Shown here: positions 1 to 8,326 of the stretch, piece after piece
Layout: every line of letters begins with the position of its first letter
Numbering within the stretch: the first letter of the stretch is position 1
Assembly: GCF_006345805.1 (NCBI RefSeq)
Contig: NW_021827784.1
Location: forward strand, 1 to 9,943
Length of the DNA stretch: 9,943 nt
Source: Octopus sinensis
Taxonomy: Eukaryota
Direction of reading: 5' to 3'
The notes under the pieces: model-generated
What the model was told of the DNA's origin: nothing
What the model saw: the letters and a program-made list of their open reading frames with translations, nothing else
Database searches by the model: none
Program-made: the position numbers and the translations under genes

Positions 1-147
1 TAAGGCAGAAACACGCCCGAGGTTGTGCTAACGGCTAAAAAACAACCAGCGGCCTGTATTTAATATATGTTACCTTATCAAATTTGGCCGTTATTTCTCT
101 TTTTTTAAAAAAATCTAAATTCTTCATGTAAACCATCTTTTATATTT

Positions 148-325
148 TACTTGTCTGAGTTATTGGACTGCAGCCCTAATACAACAATGCGTTGAATGGT
201 TTTAGCCGTGCGAATCGACTCCTGTACATTTTTTATTCATTCTTTTACCAGCTGGGTACTGGCTAATTGCTCAATCTCTTTTGCAGAACCGCTAAGTTTG
301 ACACGGGATGTCAAACATAAACACG
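148..325 (-). mobile_element. Diverged 3' tail of a tRNA-derived SINE (same family as 2886-3375), head missing
   Basis: The reverse complement (gacatcccgtgtcaaacttagcggttctgcaaaagag...gtcgattcgcacggctaaaa...gctgcagtccaataactcagacaag) aligns by eye with 3218-3372 (tacgtcccgaaaacgtagcggtccggcaaaaaggg...atcggttcattcgactaaaa...gttgctgtctaatgagtgaaacaag). It adjoins a CA/TA microsatellite, as the other copy does. Confidence 0.75.
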
Positions 326-339
326 ACTACACGCACCCG

Positions 340-432
340 TGCGCATACACACATGCATATGCACACGCACAATAATATACATACATACTTATATATACAT
401 AGAGATATGCATGCATATGTATGTGTCTGTGC

Positions 433-472
<40 letters not shown>
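340..472. repeat. Compound (CA)/(TA) microsatellite
   Basis: Degenerate CA/TA dinucleotides ending in a pure (TA)n tract at about 434-472. Confidence 0.95.
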
Positions 473-476
<4 letters not shown>

Positions 477-487
477 AATTAAAAAAT

Positions 488-734
488 GAGTCCTTTTAAA
501 GCCTAGCCAGGCACATGAGCCCGGTTTCCCGGTTTCTATGGTGTATGTGTAACACAGCTGGACGGGACGCCAGTCTATCGCAGCGTTACTCACTTTTGCC
601 AGCTGAGTGGACTGGAGCAAGGCGAAATGAAGTGCTTTGCTCAAGAACACAACGCGTCGCCTGGTCCAGGAATCAAAACCACAATCTTACGATCATGACG
701 CTGACACCCTAACTAATAAGCCACGCGCCTCCAC
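488..734 (-). mobile_element. tRNA-derived SINE, second family
   Basis: The minus strand starts gtggaggcgcg-TGGCTTATTAG (A-box-like, about 713-723) and has GGTTTTGATTCC (B-box-like, 669-680). The body has tgtgttcttgagcaaagcactt (CORE-like) and ctgcgatagactggcgtcccgtccag (V-domain-like). Domain names are from recall. Confidence 0.8.
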
Positions 735-737
735 ACA

Positions 738-796
<59 letters not shown>
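735..796. repeat. (CA)n(TA)n microsatellite
   Basis: Read directly from the sequence. Confidence 0.95.
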
Positions 797-798
<2 letters not shown>

Positions 799-1291
799 CA
801 AAATAAGCAACAAGAATGACTACGACTAATGTAGGATAAAATTTTGTAAATTTAATAGTGTTCACTTCCGGACTCTCTCACTCTGTGAAAGTTTCTAGTT
901 CGAATCACACGTATCTCGAGATGTGCTGAAGATTTTCTATTTTGGATATATCTGGGACGTAGTGCTTGCTTTTTCCATGAGTATGAGTAGATATTTCATT
1001 TATGTCTTACGTATTTATCGCTGAGGAGGAGAAAATTCTTATGAATTAACTCTGAAATTGGGACCAAAACGGTAATAACGAAAATTTTTAGAAATTTCTG
1101 TCGGCTTGTTTCGAGACGAATAAATTATGATGGTTATTCGACAATTTGTCTTTTTTCGGCATATTTGGCATTCGAATTTTTCTTTTGCTCTTATTTTATA
1201 AGTTACTTATAAATTTAACCTCTAAAGGTATTTTTTGATATGCTGGCCATTGAAAAAATTTTTTTTCGAAAAATTTTATCCTACATTAGTT
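797..1291 (+). mobile_element. Non-autonomous element with 21-bp perfect inverted repeats and an internal hammerhead-like fold
   Basis: actaatgtaggataaaatttt (825-845) is the exact reverse complement of aaaattttatcctacattagt (1270-1290). (TA)n tracts flank both sides, and there is no ORF. Confidence 0.55.
1010..1080 (+). ncRNA. Type I hammerhead ribozyme-like motif, probably inactivated (cleavage-site U is A)
   Basis: Stem I cgtatttatcg/cggtaataacg. Core CTGAGGA at 1021-1027. Stem II ggag/ctct with an inner aattc/gaatt hairpin. GAAA at 1054-1057. Stem III ttgg/ccaa, followed by AA where UH is expected. Confidence 0.65.
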
Positions 1292-1383
1292 GTGTGTATA
1301 TATATATATATATATATATGCATGTATGTATGATCGAACGCCATACGTCTTCTTCCAAGTAAGTTTTCTCTCTATATATAAAT

Positions 1384-1414
<31 letters not shown>

Positions 1415-1490
1415 TGTAGGTTGTGTATGTATGTATGTATATATACATATATATATATATAATATATAATTATTCATATATATATTTATA

Positions 1491-1573
<83 letters not shown>

Positions 1574-1580
1574 ATATATA
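1292..1580. repeat. Long (TA)n/(TATG)n microsatellite region
   Basis: Pure TA at about 1495-1571, with degenerate TA/TG tracts elsewhere. Confidence 0.95.
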
Positions 1581-1792
1581 GTCAATCCAAACAAGAAGAC
1601 ACAAAACACACAACAACGCGAGGATGTGGAACAAGTATAGTATTATTGGACGCTCACGAAAGAAGGAAAGAAGGAGGGTTTAACGTTTCGAGCGGAGCTC
1701 TTCGTCGGAAACATAGGAAAAGGAAAGATCCAGAGAAGGGAAGACTGAGGAAAAAAAATCGCCAACGGTACACACGAGGTCACATTCTGAAA
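1580..1792 (-). mobile_element. Short hammerhead-bearing interspersed element (Penelope pLTR-like)
   Basis: Non-repetitive purine-rich block between (TA)n and (TG)n, containing a minimal hammerhead on the minus strand. It resembles a repeat I recall from octopus assemblies (unverified). Confidence 0.55.
1678..1712 (-). ncRNA. Minimal type I hammerhead ribozyme-like motif (Penelope-type)
   Basis: Minus strand reads GUUU-CCGACGA-A-GAGC-UCC-GCUC-GAAA-CG-UU-AAAC: 4-bp stem I, 4-bp stem II, and palindromic AACGUU in place of stem III. The core has C in place of U4. Confidence 0.7.
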
Positions 1793-1836
1793 GATGTGTG
1801 TGTGTGAAGATGTGTCGGCATTAAATTGCACCCTTT

Positions 1837-2840
1837 TTGCTGAGCTCTGGAGAAACCGATCATTTTCTTTCCCAGTCTGTTGTCCCAGTCTTCAAAAAGG
1901 GAAGTAAATTTCTTGCAATGAACTACCGTCCGATTTCACTCACCTCTCATAGCATTAAAGTATTTGAAAGGGTGGTGAAATCGCGAATAACTCACTTCCT
2001 CCAAGACAACAATCTACTGAGACCCAACCATCGTGGTTTCTGCAATGGCAGGGACTGCCTGTCGCAGCTTCTACACCATTTTGGTGACACCTTAAAAGCT
2101 TTGGGAGAAGGCTCCAACACTGACGTCATATACCTTGACTTCACAAGGCATTGGACAGAGGGGAAACTGTCCAACATTGGAGTCCGTGGAAAGCTGCTGT
2201 AGTGGACAAAGTGTTTCTGGACGAATAAAACCCAAGATGTTGTGTGTGAGGGGTTATGATCCAGTTCAACCAAAGTCGGTAGTGGAGTCCCAAAAGGTAC
2301 TGAGTTGGGCCCACTCCTCTCCATTATCTACATCGATGACATAGTAGACGTCATCAAACAGTCTTCATTGAAAATCTTTGCAGATGATTGCAAACTCTAG
2401 AAAGCCATAAACAGTATGGGAGACCGAACATGCCTTCAGTTGGCTCTGTTTGCTGTTGAACAATGGGCGGAAAAAACAATATGCTTCTAAATGAAGATAA
2501 GTCTGGTTTGATCCACTTTGCAAAAGAGGATACTCTGAAATTACCATATGCTCTCGGGCGACTCCCTACTGTCATCCAACAGCACCAGACATCTTGGAGT
2601 AATTGTTGTAACAATCTATGCTGGAGTTCACACGTAAACAGAAAGGTTGACTTGGCCCGCAAGATGTGTTCCTGGATTCTGAGAAATTTCTGGTCTAGAG
2701 ATGCCCACACCATCATCCTTCACTACTCTAATTTTGCCCGACCATACCTTGAGTACTGTTGCTCACTGTGGACTCCTCATACAAAGCAACTCATTATGAA
2801 AATGGAAGCACTCCAGAGGTCCATAACAAGAAAGATATAA
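1837..2840 (+). pseudogene. Decayed non-LTR retrotransposon (CR1-group LINE) ORF2 reverse-transcriptase fragment
   Basis: Motifs VPVFKKG..NYRPISLTS..KVFER, HRGF..GRDCLSQLL, DVIYLDF, SGVPKGTELGPLL (from 2281), KIFADDCKL (FADD at 2377-2388) and RPYLEYCCSLWTP. In-frame stops at 2200, 2257 and 2398, and a frameshift in the A-run at 2471-2476. Confidence 0.93.
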
Positions 2841-2885
2841 AATTCAAATCTAAATGGACTATATTGTTAGTTCGTTAACTATCAT

Positions 2886-3086
2886 ACGCGCAGAAGTGGC
2901 TGTGTGGAAAGATGTTTGACTTACAACCACACGGTTACGGGTTCAGAACCGCTGCACAGTACCTTGAGCAAGTATCTTCTATTATAGCATCAGAGCAAAC
3001 AAAGTATAGAGAATGAATTTAGTACGGAAAATTAAAGAAGCCCGTCGTAAATATATGTGTGTGTGTGTGTGTGTATGTGTGTGTGT

Positions 3087-3120
<34 letters not shown>

Positions 3121-3375
3121 TGTGTGCGTGTGTGTGTGTGCGTGTGTGTGTATGTGTGTGTGTATGTCTTTGTGTCTCTGTTTCTCCACCATCACCGTAT
3201 GGCAACTGATGTTGGTGTATTTACGTCCCGAAAACGTAGCGGTCCGGCAAAAAGGGCCGACAGAATAAGTGCCTGACTTTTAAAAAAATTAAGTACTGTG
3301 ATCGGTTCATTCGACTAAAAATTTTTGGAGTCGATGCTCCAGAATGGTTGCTGTCTAATGAGTGAAACAAGAAAA
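2886..3375 (+). mobile_element. Full-length tRNA-derived SINE with internal (TG)n microsatellite
   Basis: A box TGGCTGTGTGG (2897-2907), B box GGTTCAGAACC (2940-2950), CORE-like ccttgagcaagtatctt, internal (TG)n at 3054-3167, a tail homologous to 148-325, and an A-rich end. Confidence 0.85.
3054..3167. repeat. (TG)n microsatellite inside the SINE
   Basis: Read directly from the sequence. Confidence 0.95.
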
Positions 3376-3410
3376 ATTTTGTAAAATATCGGTTCAGCAC
3401 CATCAACAGA

Positions 3411-4195
3411 ATAATTTATAGAGACGATGGGTTGCTAATCATTAAAAATATAATCAGACAGCAGATATAAATTCAAGAAATATCTGAGGAAATTAATATC
3501 TGTTCTGTAAACTAAAGATTACAATAAGTATTTATTAGATCAGTAGTAACTTCGAAATAGTTAATTTTTTTAATGTAACATTGATGAAAAATTTCAGTCA
3601 TACTTTAAAGCTAACGGCACTATCTCGTGTATCGTCAATAATTCTAATCATACACCCTGTGTTCCAGGAAACAACTTTGAAAAATCTTGTACGATGAAGT
3701 AGCGTTAAAGAAAGTAGAGAGTTATATAAAAATAGGCTAGCTTATGAAGATTTCGAACAAACATGCAAGCGGAATAGAACGAGATGTAATGGAAAGACCA
3801 TGTTGTATAATCCACCGTTTTCAATCAATTTAAGCTCGCCAGGTATAAGTATAATTGGAAATGTTACTTTTATTTTATACGTAACTCCCGAGCCTTCCTT
3901 TAAACACAATGACATAAGGATGAACATCAACCTTATTCCGAGCTCTCTCAAGATATTCTATTCTACATTAGCAAAATTTGCCAAAACATTAACATTCATT
4001 AATAAGTTATGAGAAAGTTCGATATATCAAATAGATTACTGAAATACTACATCTACTTTCGAAATGAATTCATAGTTAATTAGAGCTAGAAAAATCAGTT
4101 ATATGTGCAGCTCAGTAAAATCTAATATAAACTGCAAAGGCATTAATTATATAGGTATAACTGCGAAGCGATTTAAAACAAGAAAGTATTAAAAT
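3411..4195 (+). pseudogene. Decayed Penelope-like retroelement: RT C-terminal half plus GIY-YIG endonuclease
   Basis: Manual translation gives collinear motifs across frameshifts: IYRDDGLLIIKN (3414-), LKITI (~3512), EIVNFFNVTL (~3554), YFKANGTISCIVNNSNHTP (3601-), KRNRTRCNGKTMLYNPPFSIN (3767-), SVI (~4096) and YIGITAKRFKTR (4148-4183). Confidence 0.85.
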
Positions 4196-4416
4196 GAACG
4201 TGTTGAACTCAAGCTAGATTTCAATAAAAATTTAGAAACACATATTTTCTCATCCAGCAAAAAGTAATTTTGTGAAAATCACTAATACATATACAATTAC
4301 ATGTGTTTCGGTCTCTGCATGCTTGAAAAAATTATATCAACCTTTAGAACTACAACCAGAATACTGAACTTCAAGAAAACTACCGAGTTTCGATTAAAAA
4401 GTCAATATACTCTAAT

Positions 4417-4674
4417 TGAATGAATTAAGTTGGCCACCTCAAACATGTTCTTTATAAAATACCAATGATAGGAGTGTTCAGTTTTTTGCTGACCTGTAAA
4501 AACGATATTTTTATAGTGCTCAAATGTATATATATATATACGTTTGAGCACTATAAAAATATAGTTTTTACAGGTCAGCAAAAAACTGAACACTCATCTG
4601 TCGTCTTCGACGTGAGAGTCTATCATTGGTATTTTATAAAGAACATGTTTGAGGTGGTCAACTTAATTCATTCA
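4417..4674. repeat. Long fold-back palindrome centred on (TA)n
   Basis: 4417-4471 pairs with 4620-4674 and 4472-4526 pairs with 4541-4595, with three mismatches in about 110 bp. The right arm has 24 extra bp (4596-4619). Confidence 0.95.
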
Positions 4675-4725
4675 TATATATACATTTATTGATAAATTGA
4701 TGAAATATATATATATATATATATA

Positions 4726-5413
4726 CCGACTAAGATGAAGTAACTGTCGTCTAAATTAGGCAGGCAGAAATGAAAGTAACGCTGACATCTCAGTTTAACA
4801 GATATATTTACCAAAATTATATAAAAAATATCTTGAAATATTAAAGAGTAAATTTAATCAATAAAATCGCCATTGACTTCAACCACGACCTCCAGACAAC
4901 TTCGAAGTCTCCTGTAACTCATCTGGACCGTCTCCTTGTCTAAGTTGGTGAATGTTGCCATAATCCTTGCCTTCAGTTCATCTTTGGTGTCACAAGGAAT
5001 CTCGGTGGTCTCTCGCTCAACTGCGCCCCACACATAATAATCAAAGGAGTTAGGTCGCCAGATGTTAGGGGTGATGTGGTCGCAGAAATTATCTGACAGC
5101 CATGACTGGGTTCTCCTGCTTGTGTGGCATAGATACAGAGTCCTGTTGTCAGACATAGGGTCTTCCACGAGCCACCCTCTTGACTCAGGGCAGCACAACC
5201 TCCTCCAGGCACATGATGTAAGCCTCCGTGTTTAGTTTGTTTCCGTGTAGGAAGATGAATGGAGGCATAACGTCGCCATTACTTGTGAATTGGTGCTGTT
5301 TTTTCTCACAGACGGTGGCCAACTGACCCTACAATACTGTGTAGTCGACAAAATTCCAAATTAAAAATTTAAAAATATAAAATGGTGATAGTACACCCAC
5401 CGCACCCAGTAGG
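4726..5413 (-). mobile_element. Internally deleted Tc1/mariner-superfamily transposon (maT/DD37D-like) with transposase C-terminal remnant
   Basis: Minus strand encodes GDVMPPFIFLHGNKLNTEAYIMCLEEVVLP*VKRVARGRPYV*QQDS, then after a frameshift CHTSRRTQSWL...WRPNSFDYYVWGAVE...DELKARI...LEVVVEVNGDFID (4854-5280). TA runs flank both ends. The terminal inverted repeats (TIRs) are only weakly recognisable. Confidence 0.85.
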
Positions 5414-5535
5414 TATATATATATTCATATGTAAGGATACACATATTTATATTGATTCAGCAATTTTGACACCAAAATTGTTCCATTGATAACCATACCA
5501 TCTTTATTCCAAGAATTAGTACGACTCAACAGCCT

Positions 5536-5821
5536 ATATACACACACACATACGCACACACACACACACATACACGCACACACACTCCAATACATATATA
5601 TGTATGTGTGAATGAATCTGTGTTTATATATATATATACATACACACACTTATATACATGTATATATATGCATATATATTTCATTTGATATATATGATAA
5701 TGCGCCTGTGCGTTTTGTGTGTATGTATGTGTGTGTATCTGTGTGTGTGTGTGTGTGTATCTGTGTGTGTGGTGTGTGTGTGCAGGTACGACTGTATGTA
5801 TATATGCTTATATGTGTGTGT
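5536..5821. repeat. Compound (CA)n/(TA)n/(TG)n microsatellite
   Basis: Read directly from the sequence. Confidence 0.93.
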
Positions 5822-6205
5822 TAATTCACAGCCAGTACACCATACCGTCGCAGGTCCTCTGAGACAGGGCTGATTGGAACGGTTGATGTTCAGTTTGACT
5901 ATAATCAGCATATCAATCAGTTGTATTATTATTAATCAATAGATAATTGCCTCATAAATCTAAGATAATTAAAATCAATTACTAAATGGTTTTCTTAATC
6001 AACAATATGCTGAATAATTAAATATCTCTATTGAGTCCAACTGAGTTCATCTCCTTTGACAAGTCATATAATCATATAATGATACGAGTTTAGCATGTCA
6101 AGTAAACAAAACCTTGGTCGGTTGGAGGGAACCCGTAATATGTGTGTGAATAGAATGTCTTATTAAATCAAAGACGGATTGCAGACAATGAATGAGCCTC
6201 TATGT

Positions 6206-6588
6206 CAGGGCTGGCCAGCCTGAGGCCCGCGGACTGCATGTGGCCCGTAGACCTTTATCTTGCGGCACACTTGATACTTTCTTGAAATGGATTTATTTAA
6301 ACAAACATTTTAAAAATTTTAGCAAAAATTTTAGCAAAACATTTTTTTAAAATTTAGCAAAAATTTTAGCAAAAAGATTGTAAGGAAAAGGAGAAAAGAA
6401 AGATACTAGGGTTTTTGCAATGATGATATTTCATGTTAAATCAACGATCATTCATTCCTTATTGTAATAATGGTATGAGAAAGCAAGTGCTTTCAATTCT
6501 GTCAGTACACAAGCGGCCCTCAAAAAAAAAAAAGAAAACTTTCTGTGATTAAAGTGACCCGCAGTATAATTCGTGTTGGTGAGGCCTG
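6206..6588 (+). mobile_element. hAT (Charlie-like) non-autonomous DNA transposon / MITE
   Basis: Ends are cagggctggccagc and (reverse complement) caggcctcaccaac. 8-bp TSD ctctatgt (6198-6205) / ctctatat (6589-6596) matches 7 of 8 bases with a central TA. Subterminal ggcccgcgg..gcatgtggccc motifs are present. Confidence 0.85.
6312..6374. repeat. 12-bp minisatellite (aaaattttagca), about 4 copies, inside the hAT MITE
   Basis: Two pairs of aaaattttagca-like units separated by a short spacer. Confidence 0.8.
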
Positions 6589-6762
6589 CTCTATATGGTC
6601 TTGCGATTTGCTGAAAATAGTAGCTGCGCCATCTTCAAATTACATGTCCTGTTTTATAACGATGAAATTAGGAAACACTGGCTCGTCTTTCAAGAGAGGT
6701 GGTGGGTAGTCATGATGATAATTCCTTTGACCAGAAATCTGCTCTCGATCAGAACTGATGTG

Positions 6763-6772
6763 AACAACAGCA

Positions 6773-6807
<35 letters not shown>

Positions 6808-7133
6808 CACCACTACCACCACCACTACCACCACCACCACCACCACTACCACCACCACCACCACCACCACCACCACTACTACTATTCCACCACCACCACC
6901 ACCACCAACACTACTACCACCACCACCACCACCACCACACTACCACCACCACCATACCACCACCACCACCACCACCACCACTACTACTATTACCACCACC
7001 ACCACCACCACCACCACCAACACTACTACCACCACCACCACCACCACCAACACTACTACCACCACCACCACCACCACCACCACCACCACCACTACTACTA
7101 CTACTACTGCTGCTGCTGCTACCACCAACACCA
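6763..7133. repeat. Compound trinucleotide repeat (CAC)n/(TAC)n with (TGC)n end
   Basis: About 370 bp of CAC/TAC/CAA/TGC triplets. Confidence 0.97.
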
Positions 7134-7309
7134 TTCCTAATGACACAACCACTGAAATCTACAACGGTGTGTTTTATACCGTTTTTTGGGGGAGTTAAAT
7201 GACTTGTTGGTGTTGATTTTTTTAACATATAATCCCCACTCCTCATCGTGTTCATCTACAATCAAAGGCGTTCCAGACGTAATATTCCCGTTTATTTTTA
7301 TATCAAGTT

Positions 7310-7510
7310 GCACGCAGCATTCGCTCACAACCTGGAACATGAAAGGCATTAGAAACACCATGATCTGGGGAAAACAACGGGCAGCAATCGAGTTCGTGAA
7401 CGAAGAAGAGCCCGTAAAGGCAGCAAAGAAGGCAAAAACATAGGATATGAAAATGAAGCTGAGAGAGAAATTGCATTTTCCCCAGATCGTCCATACAACA
7501 CTGAGGTGTA
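7310..7510 (+). pseudogene. Possible heavily decayed mariner transposase fragment
   Basis: Across frames HERH*KHHD..., EEPVKAAKKAKT, KLREKLHF and PDRPYNTEV loosely and collinearly resemble mariner DETWIHHYD, GEPAPKKAKT, KIHELRFE and PHPPYSPDL. Confidence 0.4.
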
Positions 7511-7563
7511 GTTTTGTGGCTTGAAAAGGCAACGAAAATAATCTTGATTCAAGCTTACATATA

Positions 7564-7704
7564 TTAGGTTGTCCCAAATGTTCGTAAACACTTGCGAAAA
7601 TTGAATTTTTACTCGCCAAATACTAACAAAAACAAAAAAAATTATTCCTCAAATTAAAGACCATTATTTTCCAAGACTTTCTACGAGCTTTTGGGACAAC
7701 CTTA
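7564..7704. mobile_element. 141-bp mariner-type MITE
   Basis: TIRs ttaggttgtcccaaatgttcgta and (reverse complement) taaggttgtcccaaaagctcgta match at 20 of 23 bases. TA dinucleotides lie at 7562-7563 and 7705-7706. The TTAGGTTG start is typical of mariner TIRs. Confidence 0.85.
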
Positions 7705-7707
7705 TAC

Positions 7708-7956
7708 TTGTATGTGTGTGTATGTGTGTGTGTGAGTGTGTATGTAAGTGTGTATGTATGAGAATGTGAATGTGTGTGTGTGCTTTTGAGTGAGTATGTG
7801 TATCTTTTGGTGCATGAACACTGAAAACGACTGAGAAATGAATTTATGCATACACACACACGCGCCCGCGCACACACACACACACGTACACTTATACACA
7901 CACACAGACACACATACACACATACACACACGCACTCACACACGCACACACACACA
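7708..7956. repeat. (TG)n and (CA)n microsatellites
   Basis: TG-rich at 7708-7801 and CA-rich at 7850-7956. Confidence 0.92.
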
Positions 7957-8326
7957 GTCACATAAGAACGAAGACTCATTAATAAGATATTAGCAATCTG
8001 AGCAAAATACTTCTTTAGCTATCTTTAGAAATGTTTCGTTTGGGGATTTGGTTTGCAAGATTCTATATATGAGTTCGCGTGTTGAAGCATATTCTGCTGT
8101 GTCTGGGGAGAGTCATTTTCTTTTTTTGCCTAGAAACAAATACACAAGTCTAACAAAAGGTCTCGGGTTTGATATCAAAAAACCAAATTTGAAGCCCATC
8201 AACAGTAAAAATCCATGGTTACATTACTGAGTTAAGGTGTTGTGCTTTTACAGTGATATATCACAAATAGACATAAATAATAGACTTTCTACGTTTAGTT
8301 TTAGATTATATATAGACTTCCGGTTG

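Noticed and set aside
920-965. CTGAAGA followed by ...gggacgta as another hammerhead
   Set aside because: There is no GAAA and no convincing stems I or II.
1330-1365. Minus-strand tggaagaa-gacg-tatgg-cgtt-cgatc as a decayed hammerhead
   Set aside because: Both core segments deviate and stems I and III are absent.
308-1609. ORFs rich in YI/HT/CV dipeptides here and at 3013-3276, 5425-5911 and 7623-7979
   Set aside because: They are translations of dinucleotide microsatellites.
2886-2960. tRNA gene calls for A/B-box segments (also 660-734 and 8391-8450)
   Set aside because: No cloverleaf forms, and each continues into a SINE body.
4290-4345. Minus-strand cgaaacacatgta resembling the 3' half of a hammerhead
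   Set aside because: No CUGANGA or matching stem upstream.
4402-4692. Two similar ORFs on opposite strands (FSFLLTCKN...)
   Set aside because: An artefact of the palindrome, with no protein motif.
6595-7255. 181-aa His/Tyr/Thr-rich ORF and antisense poly-Val/Gly ORFs
   Set aside because: They are open only because the trinucleotide repeat lacks stop codons. There is no domain or other gene evidence.
8030-8150. Block resembling a recalled octopus interspersed repeat
   Set aside because: No termini, TSD, second copy or coding motif is visible in the window, so it cannot be supported without a search.
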